Source: Thermodesulfovibrionales bacterium
Lineage (GTDB): Bacteria; Nitrospirota; Thermodesulfovibrionia; Thermodesulfovibrionales; UBA9159
Assembly (NCBI GenBank): GCA_050014695.1
Contig: JBEKCV010000010.1
Location: 8,619-72,618 of the forward strand
Length of the DNA stretch: 64,000 nt
Direction of reading: 5' to 3'
Shown: one piece after another, positions 44,735 to 54,276 of the stretch
Numbering within the stretch: the stretch's first letter is position 1
Layout: every line of letters begins with the position of its first letter
Notes under the pieces: generated by a model
Told to the model about the DNA's origin: nothing
Databases searched by the model: none
Seen by the model: the letters and a program-made list of their open reading frames with translations, nothing else
Program-made: the position numbers and the translations under genes

Positions 44735-45763
44735 ATGGAGATGAATGCTCAGGACAAAGCGAATCCAGGCAGCTATGACATTGTCTCGTGGCTGATCATG
44801 GGAGTCCTGCTCCTCCTGACGCTTGAGTTGCACCTCCTGCCTGCGTTGCTCGCCGGGTTACTCGTGTACGAACTCGTCCATCTCTTGGCCCCGTTGCTCC
44901 GAATTACCAGATTGGCGGGCAATCGCGCCAAGGTCGTGGTGGTCATGGTCCTATCCATTACGGTCGTGGTGTTGCTAGCTCTGCTGACGGGGGAGACAGT
45001 CTCCTTGCTCCGGAGCGAGTCGGGTAGTATTCCGGAGGCGATGAAGAAAATGGCGGAGATTCTTGAGGGATCGCGCGACAGGCTCCCTGCTTGGTTGGTG
45101 GATTATCTGCCGGCTGATGCTGAGGGGTTTAAGAACTGGGCGGTGCACTGGTTACGGACGCATGCGGGTGAGCTACAGGCGGCGGGGAAAGAGGTGGGCC
45201 GCGTGGTTGTGCATATCGTAATTGGCATGGTGATCGGCGTGCTGATTTCCCTGAGGGAGGTGATGCCCATCCAGGAATATCGTCCCCTTGGGCGGGCGCT
45301 GGTTGAGCGCGTTACACGCTTCAGTGAAGCTTTCAGTTCTATCATTTTCGCACAAGTGCGCATTGCGGCGCTGAACACCTTTTTTGCATGGCTTTATCTG
45401 GGCGTTGTGTTACCGGTACTCGGCATTCACCTGCCACTCGTGAAGACCATGGTGGCTATTACCTTTCTCTCAGGCTTGCTACCGGTTGCCGGCAATCTGA
45501 TCTCGAACTCGGTGATCGTGGTAGTCAGCTTGAGCCAGTCGCTGTCCGTTGTGGCAGCTTCTTTCGTTTTTCTTGTGGTCATTCATAAGCTTGAGTATTT
45601 CCTGAACGCCACCATTGTGGGAAGCCGGATCCATGCTCGGGCCTGGGAGTTGCTGGTGGCGATGCTCGTGATGGAGGCGGCTTTCGGGCTTGCAGGCCTT
45701 ATTGCGGCTCCAATCTACTATGCATACGTAAAGAATGAGTTGGCGGACTGGGGCCTAGTCTGA
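44735..45763 (+). CDS. AI-2E/PerM (UPF0118) family transporter
   Basis: 8 TM-like segments; C-terminal 'LSGLLPVAGNLISNSVIVVVS...HKLEYFLNATIVGSR'. The start is set at the ATG after 'gagggtgaggct'. Confidence 0.8.
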   Translation: MEMNAQDKANPGSYDIVSWLIMGVLLLLTLELHLLPALLAGLLVYELVHLLAPLLRITRLAGNRAKVVVVMVLSITVVVLLALLTGETVSLLRSESGSIPEAMKKMAEILEGSRDRLPAWLVDYLPADAEGFKNWAVHWLRTHAGELQAAGKEVGRVVVHIVIGMVIGVLISLREVMPIQEYRPLGRALVERVTRFSEAFSSIIFAQVRIAALNTFFAWLYLGVVLPVLGIHLPLVKTMVAITFLSGLLPVAGNLISNSVIVVVSLSQSLSVVAASFVFLVVIHKLEYFLNATIVGSRIHARAWELLVAMLVMEAAFGLAGLIAAPIYYAYVKNELADWGLV

Positions 45764-45770
45764 ACAAGAA

Positions 45771-46610
45771 TCAAGAATGAGGTCGTCCGATGTCTGCTGA
45801 TTCGTAGCCATAGCGCGAGAGAAAAAGACGTAAACCGTTTATATATGCCGTTCCGGAGAGCAGAAATCCCTCATTGTGCCCACCGATGATCTGGAGAAAC
45901 TCTTTCGGCTCACATGCCTTTTCAAAAAGCTTTAACCCTTGCTCATAAGGCACGATCTCGTCCGCCGGACTATGGATGAAAAGTTTCGGTATCTTTATTT
46001 TGTCGACTTTGCTGATCGATGCGTAGTGGTATCGCGCTATAAGTCTCACGGGCAAGTGTGGAAAAAACTTTTCACCCAGGTCAGGCACGGAGGTAAATCC
46101 TGACTCCATGATGAGTGCACCAGCCTGTTTCCGCAACGCGATTTCGGCGGCGACGGCGCTTCCGAGAGAACGTCCGAAGAAGATAATTCGGTCAGGTTTC
46201 ACGCGGAGACTGTTCACCAAATAATCCCATGCAGCCTCTGCGTCTTCATATGTCCCTTTTTCATCCGGTGAACCCTGGCTCTTGCCATAGCCTCGATAAT
46301 CGAAGATGAGTACCGCGAGGCCGAGGCTGTGGAATATACGGATCGAGTCCAGACGGTGCGAAATATTTCCAGCGTTCCCATGGCAAAAGAGGACGACACT
46401 CCTCAAGTCCTCAGCAGGGACATACCATGCTGAGATATTCAGGCCGTCCGCCGTCCTCAATGTGAGATCCTCATAAGGAAGTCCGATATCAAGAGGGGTG
46501 GCCTCTATCTCCCCCGAGGGGAAATAGAGCATGGAGCCTTGTCTTGCATAAAAATAAGCGACAAGGAGTATGTAGCCAAGGGCAAGGCCGATTGCGACTG
46601 CCAACAACAT
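45771..46610 (-). CDS. alpha/beta hydrolase (membrane-anchored, BEM46/lysophospholipase-like)
   Basis: N-terminal TM, 'LFCHGNAGN', nucleophile elbow 'GRSLGS', 'HSPADEIVP', 'GGHN'. Confidence 0.85.
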   Translation of the reverse strand: MLLAVAIGLALGYILLVAYFYARQGSMLYFPSGEIEATPLDIGLPYEDLTLRTADGLNISAWYVPAEDLRSVVLFCHGNAGNISHRLDSIRIFHSLGLAVLIFDYRGYGKSQGSPDEKGTYEDAEAAWDYLVNSLRVKPDRIIFFGRSLGSAVAAEIALRKQAGALIMESGFTSVPDLGEKFFPHLPVRLIARYHYASISKVDKIKIPKLFIHSPADEIVPYEQGLKLFEKACEPKEFLQIIGGHNEGFLLSGTAYINGLRLFLSRYGYESADIGRPHS

Positions 46611-47176
46611 TCTCTTGATTCTACGGAACGTGGCGTTAGTAATATCGTTCCTTAAAACATGGACAAATAAGCCATGGCATCATTCGAACGGTACTCATGA
46701 CGATTAGCAAACCGCAATTTCGCCGGCAACAAGCGGTATGATCGCAGGACGTGCCGTGCCCTTCGGTCGGTGACAACCCGGATCGGGACGCGCCCGCCCG
46801 CCCGTGCGCTGCTTGGCCTTGCAGCAGACAACTGCCCACCTGCTCCACCCATGCCTACCTCGATTTGGAGGAACTGCAGGGGGAACCGGAATATCAAGGA
46901 GGTGGCATGGCCGTTACTCGGCGAAAACAGTAGTGTGTGCTTGCATTGACTCATCGTCATCTTAGAATCCTCTTATGAGTCTGTCATCTTTGCTCAAAGG
47001 TCTATATCTCATCGCTCACGTATTACGTTCTCTCGTCCTGGATCTCCTCAGTCGGCCTTCGCAATCTCAACGCAGGCATTTTTTCAGGAAGAGATGTCAC
47101 TGTTTCAGCAGTCAGCATAGCAGAAATGAACCGGAAATAACGGGGGGGGAGAGATGACATCCGCGGCCGCAGAGGG

Positions 47177-47653
47177 TTATCTTCTTTTGAATTCCCCGCT
47201 CTTTCCGCCGCGCTTCTTCATGAGCATAATGCCGGATATAACCATTTCCTTATCAACCGCTTTGCACATATCGTATACCGTCAATGCGGCTACGGACACG
47301 GCGGTCAATGCCTCCATCTCGACCCCGGTTTGACCGATGGTCTTTGCCGTTGCCTCCACGTCCACCAGACTCCTTGCTTCATCGACCGTGATCTCAACAG
47401 CAATCGACGTGACGTTGAGGGGATGACACAGGGGGATGAGCTCACTCGTTTTTTTTGCTCCCATGATGCCTGCAACCCTAGCCACCGAAATCACATCACC
47501 CTTTTCAATGGCGTTATCCATGATCAGTTGTAGCGTCTCCGGTTTCATATGCACTGAACCTCTTGCAACGGCTTCCCTTTTCGTTGGAGACTTCTCAGAC
47601 ACATCCACCATTGTTGCCTTTCCCTCTTTATCCAGATGGCTGAGTTTTCTCAT
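47177..47653 (-). CDS. moaC: cyclic pyranopterin monophosphate synthase accessory protein
   Basis: '[16 protein letters not shown]', '[29 protein letters not shown]', '[23 protein letters not shown]'. Confidence 0.95.
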   Translation of the reverse strand: MRKLSHLDKEGKATMVDVSEKSPTKREAVARGSVHMKPETLQLIMDNAIEKGDVISVARVAGIMGAKKTSELIPLCHPLNVTSIAVEITVDEARSLVDVEATAKTIGQTGVEMEALTAVSVAALTVYDMCKAVDKEMVISGIMLMKKRGGKSGEFKRR

Positions 47654-48633
47654 CCCCCGATCCTCGACATAGCTCGTAAGGACAAGAGATCTGTGCGCTG
47701 ATGGATATTGTGTCCTTCGGGCTTGATCTCGATGGAGAGCCTGAGGATGCGCTTTATCTCCTCATCAGAGGAGTATTCCCTCAATGCTGGTTTCAGGTCA
47801 ATTTCCGTCTCTGAGAAAAGACATGGTCTCAGCTTCCCATCGGCGGTAATGCGGAGACGGTTGCAGTCAGCGCAGAAGTGGTGGGTTAATGCGCTGATGA
47901 ATCCGATGATGCCACAGGCACCGTCGAATCTGAAGTACCGCGCCGGTCCTGTTTTCCTCAGCCGCACAGGAACGAGGGGGCCGATTTTTTCGACCACGGC
48001 CTTGAGAGAATCGGATGAGATATACCGCTCGCTATTCCATAGTTCCTGACCTCCTATGGGCATGAATTCGATAAATCTCACGTGGTATGGGGTCCGGAGG
48101 GTCAAGCGGGCAAAATCCTCAACCTCATCGTCATTCAGAGACCGTATGGGCACCATGTTTATCTTTATCGGCATTAACCCTGCGTCCTCAGCAGCCCGAA
48201 TGCCCTTCATCACCTGATTGATGTCTCCTCCGCGGGTCATTTCCCTGTATCTGTCAGGCTTGAAGGAATCGAGGCTGACGTTAACCCTGCTGAGACCCGC
48301 GTCTGCGAGGTCTTTCGCATACTGCTCAAGGAGTGTCCCGTTCGTGGTCAGGCTGATATCCTCTATGCCGTTGATGACCCTGAGGGATTTGATGAGATAG
48401 AGGATATTTTTTCGTACGAGGGGCTCACCGCCGGTAACGCGTATTTTTCTCACCCCAAGGGCCGCAGCGACCCTCGCGACCCTTACAATCTCTTCGTACG
48501 TCAGTATCTCCTTATGTTTAAAGGGTCTTACGCCGTGCTGTGGCATACAGTAAACGCATCTCAGATTACATCTGTCGGTGACAGAGATGCGGAGGTAGTC
48601 TATGGTCCGGTCATAAGTGTCTTTGAGCTCCAT
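47650..48633 (-). CDS. moaA: GTP 3',8-cyclase
   Basis: '[19 protein letters not shown]', 'VTGGEPLVR', 'LTTNG', '[21 protein letters not shown]'. Confidence 0.95.
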   Translation of the reverse strand: MELKDTYDRTIDYLRISVTDRCNLRCVYCMPQHGVRPFKHKEILTYEEIVRVARVAAALGVRKIRVTGGEPLVRKNILYLIKSLRVINGIEDISLTTNGTLLEQYAKDLADAGLSRVNVSLDSFKPDRYREMTRGGDINQVMKGIRAAEDAGLMPIKINMVPIRSLNDDEVEDFARLTLRTPYHVRFIEFMPIGGQELWNSERYISSDSLKAVVEKIGPLVPVRLRKTGPARYFRFDGACGIIGFISALTHHFCADCNRLRITADGKLRPCLFSETEIDLKPALREYSSDEEIKRILRLSIEIKPEGHNIHQRTDLLSLRAMSRIGG

Positions 48634-48649
48634 ACCACCTCGGGCGCGG

Positions 48650-49573
48650 CTACCGTTTAGGCTTGGCCTTTGCCCCTTTCTTATCTAGCTCGGCTATCTT
48701 TTCCTTGGCAAGTTTGGCCTGTTTTGAATCTGGATATTTCTCTATCAGTGTCTGGAATATGACCTTCGCAGTCTTTTTATCGCCCAACTCCATGAAGGAC
48801 AGTCCTTGCTTATAGAATGCGGAGGGTACCTTTTCGCTGTTCGGATATGTTTTTATAACCGTCTCATATGCCAGGATGGCCCCTTCATAGTCCTTCTCCG
48901 CGTAGTGGGTCTCAGCAATCCAGAACTGTGCGCTGCTCACCCGACTATTTTTCGGAAATCTCTTTACGAAGGCATTGAACTTTTCTCGTGACTCTTTGTA
49001 CTGTTTATCCTCAAACAGCATGTAAGCGGCCTCATAGGCCTTCGCCGGGTCATCCTCGATGCCTTTTTCCTCGGTGGTCTTCACGCTCTCTGAGGGAGCT
49101 TCACTTTTCAACTCGGGCTCTTCTTTCTTCTCCGGGCTTTCTGTCGCCGGTTTAGCGGGAGACGACGCCTCAAGGAGTTTCGCTAACTTATCATTCAGTT
49201 CTTTCAGACGAGTCTCAAGGCTGCCGATCTGGGAGCGGAAAAGCTCTCGCTCAGTGGAGTCGTCTTTCAATGTCTTGTCGATGAAAAACTTGTTTTCGTC
49301 AAATCGGCCGCGGAGGACCTGGAGATCCTTCGAGAGATCCGAGACCTGGGAATAAAGGGACGCCTGGCTCTCTCTGATGGCGTTGAAGGTTTCTTCCTTT
49401 GCGGCACCGGCCACCAGCAGCTTCGTCGCGCTCATATCTTTCTTGAGATCAGATGTCTCGGTTTTCAACTGATCGACGTCTGCTCTCATCGAGTCGAAAT
49501 CGCCCGAGGATACGCATCCGGCGAAGAGAAGAAGACAGAGCAGTGGGAGTATGATCGTTGGACGGAACGTCAT
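48650..49573 (-). CDS. cpoB: Tol-Pal system protein CpoB/YbgF (coiled coil + TPR)
   Basis: Lipoprotein-like signal, coiled coil, C-terminal TPR 'AQFWIAETHYAEKDYEGAILAYETVIKTYPNSEKVPSAFYKQGLSF'. It sits after pal. Confidence 0.85.
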   Translation of the reverse strand: MTFRPTIILPLLCLLLFAGCVSSGDFDSMRADVDQLKTETSDLKKDMSATKLLVAGAAKEETFNAIRESQASLYSQVSDLSKDLQVLRGRFDENKFFIDKTLKDDSTERELFRSQIGSLETRLKELNDKLAKLLEASSPAKPATESPEKKEEPELKSEAPSESVKTTEEKGIEDDPAKAYEAAYMLFEDKQYKESREKFNAFVKRFPKNSRVSSAQFWIAETHYAEKDYEGAILAYETVIKTYPNSEKVPSAFYKQGLSFMELGDKKTAKVIFQTLIEKYPDSKQAKLAKEKIAELDKKGAKAKPKR

Positions 49574-49574
49574 T

Positions 49575-50123
49575 TTACTTCTTTCCTTTCATGATGACAA
49601 AGTGCGCCCTTCTGTTCTTCGCCCAGCAATCCTCCGTGTGTTCGTCGCAAAGGGGCTTCTCTTTGCCGTAACTGATGGTGTCCAGGCGGGATGAAGGAAC
49701 GCCAAGGGAAATGAGATAGTCCTTTGCAGCCTTAGCCCTTCTGTCCCCGAGACCGAGGTTATATTCTGCTGTTCCTCTCTCATCGCAATGGCCTTCAATG
49801 AGCAACCTCTGCCCGGCATTCTTAATGAGATAATCCGACACCGATTTGAGAATGGGTTTTACATCGTCCCTTATGTCGTATTTATCAAAATCGAAATGGA
49901 TGTCTTCAAACATTCCTGAGACTTCTTCAACCGAAGACGGGAGTTCTTTTGATTGGATCGGTGGGACTTTCTCCTCTGTCACCTTTTCGGACGGCTTTAC
50001 TGTCTCCTTTGACGGTTGCGGGGCTGTCGGCTGCTGAGCCTCCGGAGCTACCACTTTTTTCTGGGCACAACCGAAACTGACTACGAATCCCAAGATTACT
50101 GCCAAGACAAAAAACTTCTTCAT
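49575..50123 (-). CDS. pal: peptidoglycan-associated lipoprotein
   Basis: Lipobox 'VVSFGCAQ'; OmpA-like 'IHFDFDKYDIR', 'IEGHCDERGTAEYNLGLGDRRA', 'ISYGKEKP'. Confidence 0.9.
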   Translation of the reverse strand: MKKFFVLAVILGFVVSFGCAQKKVVAPEAQQPTAPQPSKETVKPSEKVTEEKVPPIQSKELPSSVEEVSGMFEDIHFDFDKYDIRDDVKPILKSVSDYLIKNAGQRLLIEGHCDERGTAEYNLGLGDRRAKAAKDYLISLGVPSSRLDTISYGKEKPLCDEHTEDCWAKNRRAHFVIMKGKK

Positions 50124-50144
50124 GGAAAACCTCCTTTGAGTAAT

Positions 50145-51440
50145 TTAATTAGGTGACCAGCGGGGACCAAAGGCCCGCTCACCTTTTGGTGTTATCCTTT
50201 TTTGCGCCTCTCCATTTGCCCTCATAATGTAGATGGATCTCCCTCCATCCCTGTCTGAAATAAATACTATATACCTTCCGTCAGGGGAAAAGGAAGGGTC
50301 TTCATTATTCCCCCTGTCGGTAAGCTGTGTTATCCCTGAACCGTCAGTGTTGATGGTGAATATCTGATTTCTGCCACTGTACCTTCCTGAGAAAACGATC
50401 TTATCTCCCTTTGGAGACCATGACGGAGCGGTGTTGTAAGGACCGCTGAATGTCAGCCTCCTGACATCGTACCCCTCTTTATCCATGATGAATATCTGAG
50501 GACTTCCCTGGCGGTCAGAGACGAAGGCTATGTACTTTCCGTCAGGGGAAACGGTGGGGGTAACTTCTACAGACCGGGATGCAGTCAATCGCACGAGTTT
50601 CGATTCGGAGATGCGGTAGAGATATATGTTCGATGTACCGCCCATGGAGGAAGAGAGGGCAAACTCATCGGCATTGGGGAAGAAATCACCGGCAAGGTTT
50701 GTCCCCTTGGCTGAAAAGACCTTTTTTTCCGACTGTTTTTTGAAATCGAGGAGGTATATGCCCCATTGTCTGTTCCTCTCGGCAGAGTAGATCAGTTTTG
50801 ATCCATCCTTTGCCCAGCGCGGACTGAGTAAAAGTGAGCTCTTTATCCCCGTTCTGTATGAGCGCTGGCCGTCCCAGTCCATGATTGAGAGTTCGTCATG
50901 ACCGCTGAACCGTGTAATATATGCTATCCGTGTTCTGAAGATACCGGCTTCATTGGTTATCTGGTTATAGATGTCATTCGCAATGCTATGAGCAAGAGGA
51001 CGCGTAAGTCCGGCTTCGGCCCGGTATTCCTTTTTGAAGATCTCCTTGCCTTCACCCACATCGTATAGCGAGACGATTGAAACACTATTGTTATCACTTC
51101 TCACCGTCCCTTTCACAACAACTTCAACACCGAGCACTGTCCAGTTGTTGGGATTGAAGGGCTGGGTAGGGGCCTCAAGAAACGCATTCCTATCGAGGAC
51201 GAGGAAAATGCCCGTAAAATCAAGATCATCCCTGATGATATCAGAGATCTCCCTGCCGGATGGCCCCGGAAACTCGGAAATGGCAATAGGGAGTTTCTTG
51301 ACTGCTGGCGATGTGACGTCAATGTACACCTTCGCATCGGCAACAGAGAAGTGGGAATGAAGGGTGCACAACAGACACAACGCAATAAAAAAGGCGGTGC
51401 GGTATTTCGTGTTCGATATGTGCGATGCAATCGCTATCAT
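50145..51440 (-). CDS. tolB: Tol-Pal system beta-propeller protein TolB
   Basis: Repeated 'P.WSPDG..I.F.S.R.G...I' blades (for example 'SPDGKYIAFVSDRQGSPQIFIM' and 'SPDGRYIVFISDRDGGRSIYIM'). Confidence 0.9.
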   Translation of the reverse strand: MIAIASHISNTKYRTAFFIALCLLCTLHSHFSVADAKVYIDVTSPAVKKLPIAISEFPGPSGREISDIIRDDLDFTGIFLVLDRNAFLEAPTQPFNPNNWTVLGVEVVVKGTVRSDNNSVSIVSLYDVGEGKEIFKKEYRAEAGLTRPLAHSIANDIYNQITNEAGIFRTRIAYITRFSGHDELSIMDWDGQRSYRTGIKSSLLLSPRWAKDGSKLIYSAERNRQWGIYLLDFKKQSEKKVFSAKGTNLAGDFFPNADEFALSSSMGGTSNIYLYRISESKLVRLTASRSVEVTPTVSPDGKYIAFVSDRQGSPQIFIMDKEGYDVRRLTFSGPYNTAPSWSPKGDKIVFSGRYSGRNQIFTINTDGSGITQLTDRGNNEDPSFSPDGRYIVFISDRDGGRSIYIMRANGEAQKRITPKGERAFGPRWSPN

Positions 51441-52219
51441 GGATAGAATCTCACTCCGATCTCCATCTCATAGGGAGGGGATGTAACAGGGCTTGCCTTG
51501 GTTATCGCCCTCAAGGCAGAGCGATCGAAGAGGGGATTGCCGGAACTCTTTTCTATGTGGAGTATCTGAACGGAACCGTTCTTCTGTACCCGTATCAAAA
51601 CAATCGCCTCGATGTTCCTGTTGTCTAATAAGTCTGTTGGAAATTGCCATTGCCGCCGAATTTCCTCTCCCACCAGCCTGCCGTAGTCATCGATCACGGA
51701 GCCTTTCCCCTGACCTGCGGCTCCTGTAGCAGGGCCGATTTTCGCCTCAGTATTCTCCTTCTTCACGGAGATGATCTCTCCCAATTTCAGATTCCTCTTA
51801 ATGTTTTCTATCTCTTTTAACGTAGACAGCCTTTTTTCGACGATCTTTTCGTTCTTTTCTGTTTGTTTAAGCGCTTCAATCCTTTTTTCGACGATCGTTT
51901 TGTCCTTTTCTGTTTGCTTGAGCGCTTCGATCCTTTCTTCGATCAACTTTTCATCGCTCCTGCGCAGTGTCTTTGGAGCAGACATATCCGCTTTCCGTTC
52001 AAGCCGGCTTTTTTCCGCGGGCAGACTTTCTTTGCTCTCAGGCAGACTTTTCTCCGCTGTCTTGTTTGCGAAGGCTTCGGGACTGACGAGATCCACCATA
52101 TAAGGCGACGGCATGACGAAATGGGTTGAGTGTCTCACTGCCAGCAGTGTTGCAGCGAAAAGCGAGATATGGAGGAGCAGGGAGAGAGCTGCCGTGCGTT
52201 GCAGAGACACCGCACTCAT
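51437..52219 (-). CDS. tolA: TolA/TonB-family energy-transducer (N-terminal TM, repeat-containing linker, TonB_C-like domain)
   Basis: It occupies the position between tolR and tolB. TM 'AALSLLLHISLFAATLL', a charged repeat linker, and C-terminal 'VLIRVQKNGSVQILHIEKSSGNPLFDRSALRAI'. Confidence 0.75.
   Translation of the reverse strand: MSAVSLQRTAALSLLLHISLFAATLLAVRHSTHFVMPSPYMVDLVSPEAFANKTAEKSLPESKESLPAEKSRLERKADMSAPKTLRRSDEKLIEERIEALKQTEKDKTIVEKRIEALKQTEKNEKIVEKRLSTLKEIENIKRNLKLGEIISVKKENTEAKIGPATGAAGQGKGSVIDDYGRLVGEEIRRQWQFPTDLLDNRNIEAIVLIRVQKNGSVQILHIEKSSGNPLFDRSALRAITKASPVTSPPYEMEIGVRFYP
51832..51950 (-). repeat. 51-bp tandem repeat (2.3 copies) inside tolA encoding 17-aa units
   Basis: Units at 51832-51882 and 51883-51933 differ at a few positions. 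They encode 'IVEKRIEALKQTEKxxx' twice, plus a partial third copy. Confidence 0.8.
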
Positions 52220-52617
52220 TTCATCTGAATGGCCGGCTCGGTTATCATGCCGAGTTTTTCTATCCCGGCATCCTTTATCTCGCCCATAACCTCAACGACG
52301 AGGCCGTAAGGCACGGACTGGTCAGCCTTTAAAAACACGTTGGGATTCAGCCTGCTTATGGACTCGAGCTTTTTCTTCATTTCCGGGATGGACACGAGAT
52401 CGTTATTCATGTAAAGCGTCCCGCCCTTTTTGATGATGAGGGTTATCCGTTCCTCGGAGGGGAGCTCTTTACCTTTTGCCTTCGGAAGATTGACGTCGAT
52501 CCCTTGTTGCAGAAGCGGCGCGGTCACCATAAAGATGATGAGCAGAACCAGCATGACATCTACAAACGGCGTCACATTTATTTCGGACATCGCTGACCTG
52601 TTTCTCTCTACCCTCAT
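52216..52617 (-). CDS. tolR: TolR/ExbD biopolymer transport protein
   Basis: 'EINVTPFVDVMLVLLIIFMVTAPLL', 'VFLKADQSVPYGLVVEVMGEIKDAG'. Confidence 0.9.
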   Translation of the reverse strand: MRVERNRSAMSEINVTPFVDVMLVLLIIFMVTAPLLQQGIDVNLPKAKGKELPSEERITLIIKKGGTLYMNNDLVSIPEMKKKLESISRLNPNVFLKADQSVPYGLVVEVMGEIKDAGIEKLGMITEPAIQMK

Positions 52618-53243
52618 AGAGTCTCTCTAGAAAAGAAATCGAGGAGTTCTTCGGAGAAGTCCTCCATATCTATGCTCATTATTCTGGCACGACTGAGATA
52701 ATAGTTGAAAGCCACGACCGCCGGGATAGCTGCGCCGAGTCCCGCCGCGGTCGTTATGAGTGCCTCCGCAATCCCGGGCGCTACGACCGCAAGGGATGCC
52801 GAGCCTGCTGAGCCTATCCCCCTGAATGCATTCATGATCCCCCAGACAGTACCGAAGAGCCCGATGAAAGGGGTCGTTGAGCCAGTTGTTGCAAGGAAGT
52901 TCAGATATTGCTCCATTTTTGCTATCTCCAGTGCTTCGTATCTCCTGAGGAGTCTCTTTATCTCATCGCGGTTCACGCGCCCCTCTTCGGTATACACAGA
53001 CCTGAAGACGTTTGCGAGAGGGCTGACGGTAAGGTTTTTTGCCGTGGTAAAAAGCCCTCGGGTCTCGCTACCCGCCCTGAACACTCGCAGGAAAGCATCG
53101 GACTCCTTCGTCGCCTTTGAGAAATACCGGTATTTATAGAAGATTATCGCCCATGAAAAAACGGAGAAGAATAAGAGAATCAGGAGGACACCTTTCACAA
53201 CATAACTTGCCTGAAGAATCAATTGAATTGCCGTATCTTGCAT
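52614..53243 (-). CDS. tolQ: TolQ/ExbB (MotA/TolQ/ExbB proton channel)
   Basis: 'LATTGSTTPFIGLFGTVWGIMNAF', 'VAPGIAEALITTAAGL'. Confidence 0.9.
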   Translation of the reverse strand: MQDTAIQLILQASYVVKGVLLILLFFSVFSWAIIFYKYRYFSKATKESDAFLRVFRAGSETRGLFTTAKNLTVSPLANVFRSVYTEEGRVNRDEIKRLLRRYEALEIAKMEQYLNFLATTGSTTPFIGLFGTVWGIMNAFRGIGSAGSASLAVVAPGIAEALITTAAGLGAAIPAVVAFNYYLSRARIMSIDMEDFSEELLDFFSRETL

Positions 53244-53490
53244 TTATACCTCTCTCGTGGCCTTGTATTTCTTGATATTTTAAATCAGATTAAAAAAAAA
53301 TGCACGGAAAGTCAAATCGGTTCCGACGCGTTGTCAAGGTTCCGACGTGAACCAATCTTATTCTTCGTCAATGAAACACATATGAGATTACCCTATTATC
53401 CCTCTTTTTTCATCCGCAGCCGCCGAAGAAGTGGTATCTACCGTCAGACAATTTGCCTGTTTCACGCGTATAATAAAGAGGAGGCAGACC

Positions 53491-54276
53491 ATGGTGAACG
53501 CGTTGAGGCGGATAAAGATAGAGCTTCAGTATGACGGCACTTCTTACCGGGGGTGGCAGGTGCAGCCCTCCGGTGTGACCATTCAGGGCATGCTGCAGGA
53601 GAGTATCCGGGGCATCACCGGCCAGCCCGTGACTATTGTCGGTGCGGGCAGGACGGATGCCGGTGTCCATGCCATTGCGCAGGTTGCATCGTTCGATTCG
53701 TCGTCCCGACTTGATGAGACGGTTCTAAAGCGGGCGCTCAATGCCCAGCTCCCGCCGGATGTGAAGATCATGGCTATAGAAAACTGTCCAGGTGATTTCC
53801 ACCCGCGATACAGCGCACTTCGCAAGCGATACTTTTACCTGATAGCGAACGCGGGGGACGTGCCTGTTTTTTTTGAACGGTATATGTGGTGGATAAGGGC
53901 ACCCCTCGACGTGGGGGGCATGAAGGCCGCATCAGAGTTTCTCCTGGGCAGGCATGATTTTTCTTCTTTTCGAGGAGCAGGGTGTGACGTGAAGAGCCCT
54001 GTTCGAGAGGTCTACTGCATCCAGGCAGAGAGATTCGGGGAACTGACGTTCCTCTCGGCGCGATTCAGTGGCAACTTCATCAAGATTTCTCTTGAGGCCA
54101 ACGGATTTCTGAGACATATGGCGAGAAACATTGTGGGAACGCTCGTTGAGGTTGGCAGGGGAAGGATACGTCCGGAAACGCTAAGGGATATCCTCCTGGC
54201 ACGGGATAGAAGGCGTGCCGGTCAGACCGCGCCAGCAAAAGGGCTTTTCCTTGACAGGGTCATCTACAGCCTATAG
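53491..54276 (+). CDS. truA: tRNA pseudouridine(38-40) synthase
   Basis: 'IELQYDGTSYRGWQVQ', 'GAGRTDAGVHA', 'GRHDFSSF', 'FLRHMARNIVGTL'. SD 'aagaggagg'. Confidence 0.95.
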   Translation: MVNALRRIKIELQYDGTSYRGWQVQPSGVTIQGMLQESIRGITGQPVTIVGAGRTDAGVHAIAQVASFDSSSRLDETVLKRALNAQLPPDVKIMAIENCPGDFHPRYSALRKRYFYLIANAGDVPVFFERYMWWIRAPLDVGGMKAASEFLLGRHDFSSFRGAGCDVKSPVREVYCIQAERFGELTFLSARFSGNFIKISLEANGFLRHMARNIVGTLVEVGRGRIRPETLRDILLARDRRRAGQTAPAKGLFLDRVIYSL

